Shown: positions 1-10,693, counted from the stretch's first letter. The stretch is DNA of 64,000 nucleotides from Bacillota bacterium (GCA_963666425.2 OY762825.2:512001-576000), one strand, 5' to 3'. The notes: a model not told the origin generated them from the letters alone. Program-made: numbers and translations.

Positions 1-517
1 TTTCAATATGGTGTATATAGGTAAAACACTCATCGAAATCAGCTCCAAAGAAAAGGAATTTGACATCATTAACAAGATGAATCCTTTCAAACCCACTGCC
101 TGGTCCTAATGCCTGAAAGCCAATTTCTCGATCAACTATACCAGCGTTCTCTCCAACTGCAATCATGGAAAGAAGTGGATCAAATGACCTGTGAACATTA
201 GGTTGTTTACGTATATATTCAATTAAGGCTCCCATGCTGGTTTTGCTATTGCGCACATCGTAATCTTCATGATTACAGAAACTATATGAAAAAGCTGGGA
301 AAATAAGCGTCCTTACATTGAGGCTCAATAAAACGTCATATAATGCTTGTAAATATCCTTTGCGTCCCAACTCTGGATTTGGTACACCGAACATTACATC
401 GGTATGAACAAAGAGAATGTCGCATTGATCTGCACCAATACCCTTTAAACATTGAAGAATATCATTCTTTTTATACTTTCTGTTGTTCGTATCAAGAAAA
501 ACATAATCCTCACTCAT
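1..517 (-). CDS. AAC(3)-family N-acyltransferase, partial (runs off window start)
   Basis: Manual translation from ATG at 517 with GGAGG RBS: MSEDYVFLD...ILFVHTDVMFG...TLIFPAFSYSFC...SMGALIEYIRK...RSFDPLLS...FLFFGADF..CFTYIHHIE, matching AAC(3)/YokD motifs. Confidence 0.75.
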   Translation of the reverse strand, partial: MSEDYVFLDTNNRKYKKNDILQCLKGIGADQCDILFVHTDVMFGVPNPELGRKGYLQALYDVLLSLNVRTLIFPAFSYSFCNHEDYDVRNSKTSMGALIEYIRKQPNVHRSFDPLLSMIAVGENAGIVDREIGFQALGPGSGFERIHLVNDVKFLFFGADFDECFTYIHHIE

Positions 518-544
518 CTCAGTAACCTCCATCTGAGGTAATCA

Positions 545-1300
545 TTATATATATCCTCCATCCACTTCAATGACTTTGGCGGTAATAGCAGATGAATCAT
601 TACTTAGCAAAAAAGCACATACCTTGGCAATTTCTTCTGGCTGTAACCATCCAAATATAGCCCGGTCAACAGCAACTTGCATTTGCGCTTCGTTGTGTTG
701 TTCTTTTATGACTCGTTCTATCATCTCTGTTTTTACACTACCTGGTGATACAGAATTCGCTCGAATACCTCGTGAGCCACACTCTAATGCTATAACTTTC
801 GTCGCAGCCTCAATCGCTGCCTTTGAGGCAATATATCCCAATTCATATGCTCTTGGATGATTCACTAACGCTGCCGAAATACCAACAATACTTGCGCAAT
901 CATTACTATATTTCCTTTTCGTAAACTGTCTAGACAATTCAACAAAAGAATAGAAATTAACATTCATTATGCTGTGTAATCTTTCACGTGTAAGCGATTT
1001 GAGTGGCATGATATACGGGATCCCCGCGCAATGAACCATTCCATCAAGTTTCTCGCCATTAACGAGCATTTGATCGAACAGATCTCCATAATCTTTCTCT
1101 TGACTGAAATCTTGAAATAAAGAAATGTGTCCTTCGCCAGATAATCCTGCTATTATATTTTGTAAACGCTCGTTATCCCTACCAATCAATACCATTCTTG
1201 CTCCAAGATTGGCACAGAGAACAACGGTTGCACGTCCGATGCCGGAAGACGCCCCCGTAACAACTATTCTCTTTCCTGCGAGTGACATCGGCGAAGCCAT
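545..1300 (-). CDS. SDR family oxidoreductase (FabG-like)
   Basis: TGASSGIG Rossmann motif, YxxxK (YIASK), NSVSPG. Confidence 0.88.
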   Translation of the reverse strand: MASPMSLAGKRIVVTGASSGIGRATVVLCANLGARMVLIGRDNERLQNIIAGLSGEGHISLFQDFSQEKDYGDLFDQMLVNGEKLDGMVHCAGIPYIMPLKSLTRERLHSIMNVNFYSFVELSRQFTKRKYSNDCASIVGISAALVNHPRAYELGYIASKAAIEAATKVIALECGSRGIRANSVSPGSVKTEMIERVIKEQHNEAQMQVAVDRAIFGWLQPEEIAKVCAFLLSNDSSAITAKVIEVDGGYI

Positions 1301-1302
1301 AG

Positions 1303-1524
1303 TTATTCCTCCATCAGTGCCATCAAATCTGCTACTGTCTTTTGTTCTTTTACTACAGAACCTTTTATAACTTTCCCAAACTCATCATCCATCATGGCCA
1401 TGAATGAAATGAGAGCAATACTATCCCATTCATCCATATCACCCAATACACTAGCTGGTTGCAAGATTGCTGCTTCAACATCCAATACATCCGCTATAAG
1501 TTCAATCTTTCTTTCATCTTTCAT
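1303..1524 (-). CDS. Acyl carrier protein, copy 3
   Basis: 73 aa, acidic, WDSIA phosphopantetheine Ser motif. Confidence 0.88.
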   Translation of the reverse strand: MKDERKIELIADVLDVEAAILQPASVLGDMDEWDSIALISFMAMMDDEFGKVIKGSVVKEQKTVADLMALMEE

Positions 1525-1526
1525 AA

Positions 1527-1748
1527 TTATTCCTCCATCAGTGCCATCAAATCTGCTACTGTCTTTTGTTCTTTTACTACAGAACCTTTTATAACTTTCC
1601 CAAACTCATCATCCATCATGGCCATGAATGAAATGAGAGCAATACTATCCCATTCATCCATATCACCCAATACACTAGCTGGTTGCAAGGTTGCTGCTTC
1701 AACATCCAATACATCCGCTATAAGTTCAATCTTTCTTTCATCTTTCAT
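1527..1748 (-). CDS. Acyl carrier protein, copy 2
   Basis: Same as neighbours except I20T. Confidence 0.88.
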   Translation of the reverse strand: MKDERKIELIADVLDVEAATLQPASVLGDMDEWDSIALISFMAMMDDEFGKVIKGSVVKEQKTVADLMALMEE

Positions 1749-1750
1749 AA

Positions 1751-1972
1751 TTATTCCTCCATCAGTGCCATCAAATTTGCTACTGTCTTTTGTTCTTTTA
1801 CTACAGAACCTTTTATAACTTTCCCAAACTCATCATCCATCATGGCCATGAATGAAATGAGAGCAATACTATCCCATTCATCCATATCACCCAATACACT
1901 AGCTGGTTGCAAGATTGCTGCTTCAACATCCAATACATCCGCTATAAGTTCAATCTTTCTTTCATCTTTCAT
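1751..1972 (-). CDS. Acyl carrier protein, copy 1
   Basis: Same as neighbours except D->N near C-terminus. Confidence 0.88.
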   Translation of the reverse strand: MKDERKIELIADVLDVEAAILQPASVLGDMDEWDSIALISFMAMMDDEFGKVIKGSVVKEQKTVANLMALMEE

Positions 1973-2007
1973 AATTATTCCTCCTGTTTGCTTAACCTTT
2001 TGGTTGC

Positions 2008-2895
2008 CTAATTTTCAATTGTAATAATTTCTGCTTCAGGCAAAGTCTTTTTCACAAAACCTGAAAGTGTATGTCCCGGACCGCATTCTATAAATGAATC
2101 AATTCCATCGTCCCACATATTGAGAAGCGTTTGCTGCCAGTATACAGGTGATGTTACTTGCGCAATCACCTTCTCAATCAGCTGATCCTTACTATGTATT
2201 TTCAACGCATCAACATTCATATAAATAGGAATTTGTGGATCATTGGTACTGATTTCTCTTAAGACTTTTTCTAGTTTTTTCGTAGCTGGTTCCATCAGTT
2301 TACAGTGGAAGGGAGCACTAACAGCCAATTTCACAGCACGCACTTTCCTACTTATGGCTTTTGCGACTAATTCATCGATAGCACTGTTCTCACCAGAAAC
2401 CACAATTTGCTCTGGAGAGTTTATATTAGCAGGAACAACATAACCGTCAACTTCATCACACAAAGCTTGTACTTCCTTAAGTGACAGATTCTTGATGGCC
2501 GCCATCGCACCTTGTCCTACTGGAACGGCCTCCTGCATAGCATCTGCCCTAATTTGAACAAGTTTAAAAGCATTCTCTATTGACAAACATCCAGATACTA
2601 CCAATGCAGCATATTCTCCCAATGAAAATCCTGCTACAGCATCTGCACTGTAACCTTTTGATTTAGCAGCTTCATACGCAGCTAAATCTGCCGCCAACAC
2701 ACACGGCTGCGTGTTGTGGGTGAGATTCAGTTCTTCTTGTGTTCCTTCGAAGCATAAGCTCGATATACTTCTATTAAGGACCTTATCTGCAATATCAAAT
2801 ACTTTTTTGGCCTGTAAAACAGATTCATAGTACTCTTTCATCATTCCAGGTGTTTGTGCACCCTGACCGCTAAAAATCATCGCTGTTTTTCTCAT
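2008..2895 (-). CDS. fabD: ACP S-malonyltransferase
   Basis: FSGQGAQ, TQP, GFSLGEY (catalytic Ser), VSAPFH, ECGPG. Confidence 0.92.
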   Translation of the reverse strand: MRKTAMIFSGQGAQTPGMMKEYYESVLQAKKVFDIADKVLNRSISSLCFEGTQEELNLTHNTQPCVLAADLAAYEAAKSKGYSADAVAGFSLGEYAALVVSGCLSIENAFKLVQIRADAMQEAVPVGQGAMAAIKNLSLKEVQALCDEVDGYVVPANINSPEQIVVSGENSAIDELVAKAISRKVRAVKLAVSAPFHCKLMEPATKKLEKVLREISTNDPQIPIYMNVDALKIHSKDQLIEKVIAQVTSPVYWQQTLLNMWDDGIDSFIECGPGHTLSGFVKKTLPEAEIITIEN

Positions 2896-2905
2896 TGGAA
2901 GCCTC

Positions 2906-3535
2906 CTAAATATCTAAAACTCTTGCTGGATTTCCAAACACCTTTTTCCCTGGGGCGACACTCCGTATAACAATACTACCAGCTCCAACATATGCGCCAG
3001 CCCCGACTATCTTGTTTGGGATAACTGTCGAATGACTACCAATATATGCGCCTTTTCCTATATGAACATGGCCACAAATATCACATAATCCGCTAATTGT
3101 CGCATAATCTTCGATTACTGCATCATGGCCTGCTCCTGAAATTAGTGTTACAAAGTCACCAACTTTAGTATTAGGACTTAGCCCAGCTCCAGGATACATG
3201 ACAATTCCTTCACCTAATGAAACAAAATCAGAAATAATAGCCTCTGGATGAATCACAGAAGTGAAGATAGCACCTTTTCCTTTTAGTAAACTAACAACCT
3301 TCTCCTTAATCACTGGGTTAGCCAAGGCTAAAGCAAACATTTCATTCTCCCCCGGCATCCAGTCTTGAATAGAACCAATAACCAAATAGTCGCATTCATA
3401 TTTCTCTAAAGCCATTGGATTATCATCTATAAAGCCTTTGATGATCCAAGTTGGGTTTTTCTTATTAATTTCTTTACACCATTGAAGCACTTCTCTGCCA
3501 TAGCCACTTGCTCCGACAATTATTAATTCTTTCAT
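2906..3535 (-). CDS. PglD/NeuD-family sugar acetyltransferase
   Basis: IIVGASGYGRE N-domain, hexapeptide repeats, GNPAR C-terminus. Confidence 0.88.
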   Translation of the reverse strand: MKELIIVGASGYGREVLQWCKEINKKNPTWIIKGFIDDNPMALEKYECDYLVIGSIQDWMPGENEMFALALANPVIKEKVVSLLKGKGAIFTSVIHPEAIISDFVSLGEGIVMYPGAGLSPNTKVGDFVTLISGAGHDAVIEDYATISGLCDICGHVHIGKGAYIGSHSTVIPNKIVGAGAYVGAGSIVIRSVAPGKKVFGNPARVLDI

Positions 3536-3568
3536 TAGTTTTACCGTCCGTTACTTCTATCTTTTAAT

Positions 3569-4168
3569 TTAACCCATAAATTCTTCCATCGTTGCTGAAG
3601 TCTCGCTAGTAATACCGTCATGTTTCAGCACAATCTTTATTGTGTCAAAAAAGATTTTCATATCTGTTTTAAAAGTAATGTGCTTTGTGTACCATAAATC
3701 CATTGCAAACTTATCACCCCAAGATACAGCATTTCTTCCATTAGCTTGAGCATAACCAGTAAGACCAGGTCGCACGTCATGTCTGTGATGTTGCTCTTCG
3801 TTGTATCGCTCAAGGTATCTGACGAGGAGCGGCCTCGGACCAATTATCGACATGTCTCCCATAAGAATATTGATTAGCTCAGGTAGTTCATCGAGTGAAG
3901 TGACACGCAAAAACTTTCCGTAGCTATTTAACCTTACTTCGTCCGGGAGCAATTCTCCACTTGCATCTATCCGGTTATCCATTGTCCGAAATTTGATGAG
4001 TTTGAAAATCTTCTCATGCCACCCAGGTCGCTCTTGAATAAAGAACGGATCGCCACCCATGAATATAGCGCCATTGACAATCAGGCATAAAAACAATGGT
4101 GAGAGAACAATAAGAATACCCAGCGTTAATGTAAAATCCAATAGCCGTTTTATATATCTAGCATACAT
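3569..4168 (-). CDS. Initiating sugar-phosphate transferase (PglC/EpsL-like)
   Basis: KRLLD, KFRTM, SLDELPEL, GPRP, RPGLTG. Confidence 0.92.
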   Translation of the reverse strand: MYARYIKRLLDFTLTLGILIVLSPLFLCLIVNGAIFMGGDPFFIQERPGWHEKIFKLIKFRTMDNRIDASGELLPDEVRLNSYGKFLRVTSLDELPELINILMGDMSIIGPRPLLVRYLERYNEEQHHRHDVRPGLTGYAQANGRNAVSWGDKFAMDLWYTKHITFKTDMKIFFDTIKIVLKHDGITSETSATMEEFMG

Positions 4169-4527
4169 TTCTGAACCTCACTCAAAACACAATCTAGTTG
4201 TCTCAATAATCTTGCTCGGCTCAACCGTGGTAAGCTAATTACCAGATGGTAAGCATAGTCCAAGTTGAAAAAATCCGCGTTAATATCAGTGTTTGTGTTA
4301 GCCGGAGTGATGAAAGTGTCAAGCAGATTTCTACCATTACGAAACAGAAACAAATGAATTCATTAGTACATAGGTTGGAGATTTCATCGACTTCTGGATT
4401 TAGCGGTCTTCTGCGCCAAGAATCAGGGTATCAAGGCATCTTATCAAGCGCAATATTTACTTATCTTTTATGTTTTCTTATCAATGACATTGTTCTTTCT
4501 CCTGCTTTGGAAGGCAATAAAGCTACA

Positions 4528-5160
4528 TCACCTACGCAGTCCATGCGAGCTAACAACCTCGCCACAATCTATCAAAGTCCAGTCCTTAACCACTGCATAT
4601 CTGTCAATGGTGGAACCACTTGAAATGATACTTCCCATACCAATTACAGCTCCAGCGCCAATAGTTGCGCCTGCGCACACAACTGTTCCTATGCCTATCG
4701 TTGCATTAGAGGAAACCACTGCGGCTGGATGAATCAACTTCGGAATAATAAAGCCCTCATTAATCAATCTCTGCATCCACTTAGCACGCAAAGTGTTATT
4801 ACCAACAGCAGGAATTGCAACTGTGTATTCATCTGAAAACCGGCCGGAATCATCACACATTCCTAAAGTATTTGTTTTTGATATGTCATCATCCAGAAAG
4901 CTTATCTTACGAAACAGACGAAGGCTCTGCACCAACTCCAATACTTCCTCACCGTAGCTACCTGCTCCAAGGATTAGCAAGTTCAGTTCTTTTATGATAG
5001 GTGGTTTGTATACGATTTTGCTACGCTTTTGTTCTGCCTCTTCGTACGTTTGGCCGTAACAATAGCCATATTGAATCTGACCGTTTTTATCACGCGCTTT
5101 GATGTAACGTGCTTCAAACCTACCGTCTTTCCGTTGGTGAACGTTGTTACCAGTTCTCAT
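4528..5160 (-). CDS. Fusion of an integrase-arm-like N-terminal domain and a PglD-like hexapeptide acetyltransferase
   Basis: N-term HQRKDGRFEARY...YCYGQTYEEA, then LLILGAGSYG, PAVGNN, IHPAAVV and hexapeptide repeats. Confidence 0.65.
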   Translation of the reverse strand: MRTGNNVHQRKDGRFEARYIKARDKNGQIQYGYCYGQTYEEAEQKRSKIVYKPPIIKELNLLILGAGSYGEEVLELVQSLRLFRKISFLDDDISKTNTLGMCDDSGRFSDEYTVAIPAVGNNTLRAKWMQRLINEGFIIPKLIHPAAVVSSNATIGIGTVVCAGATIGAGAVIGMGSIISSGSTIDRYAVVKDWTLIDCGEVVSSHGLRR

Positions 5161-5582
5161 TACCCCTCCAATAGTGGTCTTAAGTGGTCATTAATACAAT
5201 TTAACAATGAGATTATAACCCAAAACAACTTATATTACAAGAGTTTCTGAAAATATGCATCAGATACTTATTGATGACCACTTTTATCGCCATGTATAGT
5301 AGTCGTTTATGTTTAGCTGTTAATTTACCCGCCGCGCTCCCTGGCGTGGTAATTAGCATGGGTTGCCTTTAACATCCGGTTATCTCTTCTGATACCCTCT
5401 ATATGTATTCACCTAAACTATCCGTAAACCCTGATTTGTAACGGGTTTCTTCAGTGAGTTTACGGCTCACACTTTACATTCTTCTATTGAGTTCTTTTTG
5501 TTCATCAGATATTTTTTATTTTTTTGATATATTCTTCGCATTTTAAACCGTTTGAAAAAACCTACTAATAAGTGTTTCCGCT

Positions 5583-6689
5583 TCACAGGCTTTTAATTAT
5601 CCTACATACTCTATTTAAATCCTCAACAGTCATCTTCGTATCGCTTGGCAAGCAAACTCCCATCTCGAATATTTCTCCTGAAATACCAGCGCCAATAAAA
5701 TCATATTTCTCAAAGAATGGTTGCAAATGCATTGGTTTCCAAATTGGTCTTGTTTCAATATTTTCTTTCTCTAAAGCTAATATAACATCAAATGGCTTTA
5801 TTTTTCCACTTAAAGTAATGCAAGTTAGCCAACAATTAGGATTATTCCAGTCATTAATAGGCATAAAATGAATTCCATCCAATTTGCCTAATTCTTTTTT
5901 ATAAAAATCAAAAATATACCTTTTCTTAGCAATTCGTTGCTCCAATACTTTGAGTTGCCCTCTGCCGATACCTGCCACAATATTACTCATCCGGTAGTTA
6001 TAACCTAATTCGCTGTGTTGATAATGCCTTGCTTTATCTCGGCTCTGAGTTGACCAAAATCTTACTTTTGTTATTCTCTCTTCATTATCGGAAACCAACA
6101 TACCACCACCTGAGGTAGTGATGATTTTGTTTCCGTTAAAAGAAAAGATGCCATAGTTCCCAAAGGTACCCGTATGTTTTCCTTTATAGGTGGTACCTAA
6201 GGATTCCGCTGCATCTTCGATTAATGGAACATTATGCTTTTTGCATAACTCCATGATTGGGTCCAAATCGGCTGCAAGACCATAGAGATGAACAACAATT
6301 ACCGCTTTTACATTTGGATATTTCTCAAATGCTTCTGCCAGCAATTTAGGATCCATATTCCAGGTTTTTTCATCGCTATCGATGAAAACAGGAATCGCAT
6401 TTTGATAAATCACCGGATTGATGGTAGCGGAGAAAGTTAAGCTGGGGCAAAACACGATATCTCCTGCTCCAACTCCAGCAGCTACGAGTGCCATATGAAT
6501 TGCTGCTGTACCTGAAATTAAAGCTGCCGCATGTTTTGAGCCAACATAGGCAGCTAATTCGGTTTCAAATCCTGTTACATTTGCTCCCAAAGGAGCAATC
6601 CAGTTTGTGTCGAAAGCCTCTTTTACATATGCTTGCTCATAACCTTCATCACTCATGTGAGGTGATGATAAATAAATCCGCTCTGCCAT
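5583..6689 (-). CDS. DegT/DnrJ/EryC1/StrS PLP aminotransferase (PglE/EpsN-like)
   Basis: SGTAAIH, EDAAES, FSFNGNKIITTSGGG, GYNYRMSN. Confidence 0.93.
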   Translation of the reverse strand: MAERIYLSSPHMSDEGYEQAYVKEAFDTNWIAPLGANVTGFETELAAYVGSKHAAALISGTAAIHMALVAAGVGAGDIVFCPSLTFSATINPVIYQNAIPVFIDSDEKTWNMDPKLLAEAFEKYPNVKAVIVVHLYGLAADLDPIMELCKKHNVPLIEDAAESLGTTYKGKHTGTFGNYGIFSFNGNKIITTSGGGMLVSDNEERITKVRFWSTQSRDKARHYQHSELGYNYRMSNIVAGIGRGQLKVLEQRIAKKRYIFDFYKKELGKLDGIHFMPINDWNNPNCWLTCITLSGKIKPFDVILALEKENIETRPIWKPMHLQPFFEKYDFIGAGISGEIFEMGVCLPSDTKMTVEDLNRVCRIIKSL

Positions 6690-6834
6690 AACATCACTTC
6701 TCCTTAATTATAAATTAGATTTATAAAAATAACTGAACTTCTATTTTCGGCATGATTAATATGGTTTCCTGCAAAAAAATTCTCTTAAACTGCATTTTAT
6801 TTAGAAAAAAATTTGTAGATAGTATTATTGAACA

Positions 6835-8721
6835 CTAATCCATTTCACTCATTTCTGGTGCTTCCGCAGCAGAGAAATTGACTTCATCCGCATTGTGGTA
6901 AGTTGATACCACTTGCATCATGGCGGAACGAATGGTTGCATTGCCGCCTTCTTCCAGCGCTTTTGCTAATATTGCCAGTTTTTCTTCTAGAATAGCTCTG
7001 GTAATTGGCTCATCACGCTCAATAAAGATGAGTTCATTTTCGGTTTTATTCAGATCCTTTTTCCTCATCAACAGCTCTTCATAAAGCTTTTCGCCGGGGC
7101 GCAATCCAATTTCTACAATCTTAATATCTTCGTAGGGCTTTAAGCCGGAAAGTCGAATCAAGTTTTCGGCTAGATCCAAAATGCGCACCGGGTTACCCAT
7201 ATCGAGTACATAAATTTCGGATTTGGCCGCCATAGCCCCAGTCTGCAGCACAAGCTGTGAGGCTTCAGGTATCGTCATAAAGTAGCGGATGATGCGGTTA
7301 TCGGTAATGGTCACCGGTCCACCACTTTCAATTTGCTTTTTAAATAATGGGATTACAGAACCATTGGAACCTAAGACGTTGCCGAAGCGGACCGCCACAA
7401 AATCGGTCTTGCTGTCTTTACGGCTTTGGATGATTTTCTCGCACATGCGCTTGGAAGCACCCATAATATTGGTTGGGTTAACGGCTTTATCGGTAGAAAT
7501 GAGGATGAATTTCTGCACTGCATATTTCTCGGCCAGGTTCGCTAAAACGTAAGTACCAAAGACATTGTTCTTCACAGCTTCGCTGCAGCTTTGCTCCATA
7601 AAGGGTACATGTTTATGCGCAGCGGCGTGGAAAACAATTTCTGGCCGGTAGATAGCGAATAGTTCATCCATCTTATTTTCATCCCGCACGGAGGCAATTT
7701 CCACCGCCAAATTCAATTTTAAGCCGTAAGTGCGGATCAGTTCTTGCTGAATATCGTAAGCGTTATTTTCGTATATATCAATAATGACGAGTTGTTTTGG
7801 CTGCAACTTTGCAATCTGCCGGCAGAGTTCGCTGCCAATGGAGCCGCCGCCGCCGGTGATCAGAATCTTCTTGTTGCGGTAAAACTCCTTGGCTTCCGGG
7901 CTGTTGACGGTATGCGTGTTGCGGAAAAGCAGGTCTTCAATGTGCACGTCGCGCAAGGTCAGTTTGTGTTCGGAAAGGCCGTCTTCCAATAAGGGGTAGT
8001 CATACATTTTTACTGGGCAATCGGTGACAGAGTATTTTTCGTAGATCTCTTTTTTTTGCTCGGGTGGCAGATCCGGCAGGGCAATGATAAATTGCTGAAT
8101 TTGATATTTGGTAATCATTTCATTTAAATCGGCAGAAATGGGAATTACCCGGACGCCTTTGATCAGGCTGCCAATCTTGAGGGGATCGCTATCGATAAAA
8201 CAAACAGGGTGATATTTCTTTTTGCGGTCGTTGATCAATTCGGTAATTAGTAAAGAGCCCACTGCACCGGCGCCTACGATGGCGATGTTGAGCTTTTCAA
8301 TGCCGGTTTGTTCCGCGGTTTCTTTTTGGCGCAGATAACCGCGCAGAATTTGGTAGAGGAAACGAGCAGAAAGGGTGGCCAGTGTTGCCACTGAGATTAA
8401 GGCAACGCTTCTGAGGAAGGTAATATGGGTAGGTAGGACATTGCTGAGCAACAGATAAGCGATGCCGGCAATCAGGTCGGAAATGACCAATTGGAAGTAT
8501 TCGCTGGCTTGGGCATAACGCCAGACATTGGAATAGATGTGGAAGAGGAAGCGGCAGACGCTAACCAAGAAGAGGATGAGTAGGGCATGGGTAATACGCT
8601 CGGTCGTAGAGAGCTTGGTGACTTCGCTGGGGTAGTAGCCCAGCATGAGTAAGCTCGAGACGAGAAAGCAGGTAAGGTCAACGAAGATGAGGGTAATTTT
8701 GTGGCGGCTTTTGCTGTTCAT
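6835..8721 (-). CDS. NDP-sugar 4,6-dehydratase (PglF/CapD/EpsC-like)
   Basis: N-terminal TM helices, TGGGGSIGSE, HAAAHKHVP, STDKAVNP, RFGNVLGS. Confidence 0.93.
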   Translation of the reverse strand: MNSKSRHKITLIFVDLTCFLVSSLLMLGYYPSEVTKLSTTERITHALLILFLVSVCRFLFHIYSNVWRYAQASEYFQLVISDLIAGIAYLLLSNVLPTHITFLRSVALISVATLATLSARFLYQILRGYLRQKETAEQTGIEKLNIAIVGAGAVGSLLITELINDRKKKYHPVCFIDSDPLKIGSLIKGVRVIPISADLNEMITKYQIQQFIIALPDLPPEQKKEIYEKYSVTDCPVKMYDYPLLEDGLSEHKLTLRDVHIEDLLFRNTHTVNSPEAKEFYRNKKILITGGGGSIGSELCRQIAKLQPKQLVIIDIYENNAYDIQQELIRTYGLKLNLAVEIASVRDENKMDELFAIYRPEIVFHAAAHKHVPFMEQSCSEAVKNNVFGTYVLANLAEKYAVQKFILISTDKAVNPTNIMGASKRMCEKIIQSRKDSKTDFVAVRFGNVLGSNGSVIPLFKKQIESGGPVTITDNRIIRYFMTIPEASQLVLQTGAMAAKSEIYVLDMGNPVRILDLAENLIRLSGLKPYEDIKIVEIGLRPGEKLYEELLMRKKDLNKTENELIFIERDEPITRAILEEKLAILAKALEEGGNATIRSAMMQVVSTYHNADEVNFSAAEAPEMSEMD

Positions 8722-8769
8722 TATGTAGTCTCCCTAGTTTAGTGGAGGTAAAAATATTAGAGGGGTACG

Positions 8770-9720
8770 AGGACGGAGAGGACGGGGATGATAGTGGGAA
8801 ATGATATGAGTAGAACATGAAGGGTGAGATGGGGACGAGGGACGAGGGACGGAGGACGGAGGACGGAGGACGGAGGACGCGGAATGGTCAAGACCATTCC
8901 CTACATTGCGAGATCGTTGGAAATATGATGAGTAGAATTTGAAGGGTGAGATGGGACGATCGTTGGAAATAAGATGAGTAGAAGATGAAGGGCTAGATGG
9001 GGGCGGGGGGACGGGGAACGAAGGGACGCGGAATGGTCAAGACCATTCCCTACATTGCGTGATAGTGAGAAATAAGATGAGAAGAATGAGGTAGATGAAT
9101 AAAGGCGAGGGAACGGAGGACGGGGGACGGGAGGACGAGGTCAAGGGACGCGGAATGGTCAAGACCATTCCCTACATTGCGTGATAGTGAGAAATAAGAT
9201 GAATAGAACGTGAAGGGTGAGATGGGACGAAGGACGGAGGGACGCGGAATGGTCAAGACCATTCCCTACATTGCGAGATCGTTGGGAATAAGATGAGTAG
9301 AAGATGAAGGGAGGATGAGGACGGAAAGAGAGAAATAAGACAAGTAGAATTTTAAAGGTGAAATGGGGGCGATGAAGAAAATGAATAGTCATTTTTCTGC
9401 ACATTTCCATGTTTGGATTTCTATTCCAACCGGCTACATATTGCAGCCAATTGCCTTCTTTTTTACGAAAGCATTGGTCTGTTTAATCAAAATCGCGAAG
9501 TCGAACTTCTGCCTATTTCTACTTCCATTTTATTCATAAACCATTCGCTTGAAATCCGGGGAACTCCTTTATTTCAATTTAAAGATAATAGATTCTTTTT
9601 GTTTGTTGGTTTATGGTAAGGAAAAGCATGTTATTCCTGTTGTTTTAACATTTATTGTAATGTTAATTTTTGTAAGGACGCGGAATGGTCAAGACCATTC
9701 CCTACATTGCGAGATCGTTG
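8770..9720. repeat. REP cluster A (5 REPs, same orientation) with GGAGGAC-type microsatellite
   Basis: gcggaatggtcaagaccattccctac at 8879, 9028, 9150, 9244, 9680, each followed by attgcg(a/t)gat. Confidence 0.92.
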
Positions 9721-9940
9721 GAAATGATACAAGAAAATATGTGCATATGCAAAACGGCCGGGAATGCTCGATACAGTTAGAGGGTTTCGGCGCATGAACC
9801 CCGCGAATCGCGCAGAATTGGTCTTCTTCTTGATTACAATATAATAATACCTTAATATAATGTGTTTTATTCCGTTAGGTAATAATTGACATTTTCTATC
9901 TATTAATTTAAGATATTTCAAGGTGTTAATTCCAAATTAG

Positions 9941-10615
9941 TTGAAAGGGGTGTTTCGTTTGGTGATCGACTTTCAGTCTGTAAGAAAACAAATTGTGGCG
10001 CTTCTTCCCTGCTATTTACCGGAGGGGGGTAATGGCTGCCGCGTCTTGCTGCGCAACGGTCAGGAGCTTCTCTTTAGAAACCGCATTGCAAAAGTATGGA
10101 ACGACTACCTCATGCTTTGGGGTTTGGCTGACGATGCCCTGGAGCATGCCTATGCCCACGGTAAATTAACCCCGGTGCCGCTGACCAATCAGCATACCTT
10201 TCTTTGTCTGCGCGTGCGCAAGGCATTGGTGCAGGGCGACAGCGTTTATGGTTATATCGAGCACGAAAGCCTCGATTACCCTATCGGCTCCGCGCGGGAA
10301 GCGCTGCACGAAATCACCTGCTGCGGACACCATATTGAAATCATCACCAGCATCGGCCATCTGCAAATGCAGCGCCAAAAGGCAATTGCGGTGCAGCAAG
10401 CCTGGCAGGAATATCATAACAGACCGTCGCAGAAAATGACCGAATCGCTGCTGATGCGGGATTTGCTGATTATGAAGTATAAATTGCTCAGTTTCATTCT
10501 CAATAGTGAACAGCCGGAGCAGCGCCTGACAGAGATCAACGATGATTATGCCATTTTGCAGAACAGAACGGCCGCTTTCCTGCTGGAGGAACCGATTCAG
10601 CCTTTGAGAAAATAA
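9941..10615 (+). CDS. Hypothetical protein, possibly ComK-like
   Basis: 224-aa ORF; ALLPCY..GGNGC..PVPL..LRVRK..GDSVYGYI resembles clostridial ComK-like proteins from memory; start probably GTG 9962. Confidence 0.5.
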   Translation: MKGVFRLVIDFQSVRKQIVALLPCYLPEGGNGCRVLLRNGQELLFRNRIAKVWNDYLMLWGLADDALEHAYAHGKLTPVPLTNQHTFLCLRVRKALVQGDSVYGYIEHESLDYPIGSAREALHEITCCGHHIEIITSIGHLQMQRQKAIAVQQAWQEYHNRPSQKMTESLLMRDLLIMKYKLLSFILNSEQPEQRLTEINDDYAILQNRTAAFLLEEPIQPLRK

Positions 10616-10645
10616 ACAGCCGAATTGGCTGAGAACATATAAAAC

Positions 10646-10693
10646 AGCAAGACAGGTCCTGAAGAGACAAATCTTCGGGGCCTGTCTTGCTTT
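10646..10693. terminator. Intrinsic terminator between convergent genes
   Basis: agcaagacagg...cctgtcttgct stem with A/T tails. Confidence 0.75.

Larger units (their letters stand above)
1303..1984. repeat. 224-bp tandem repeat x3, one ACP gene per unit
   Basis: Units start with ttattcctcc at 1303, 1527, 1751, and the motif recurs at 1975. Confidence 0.95.
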
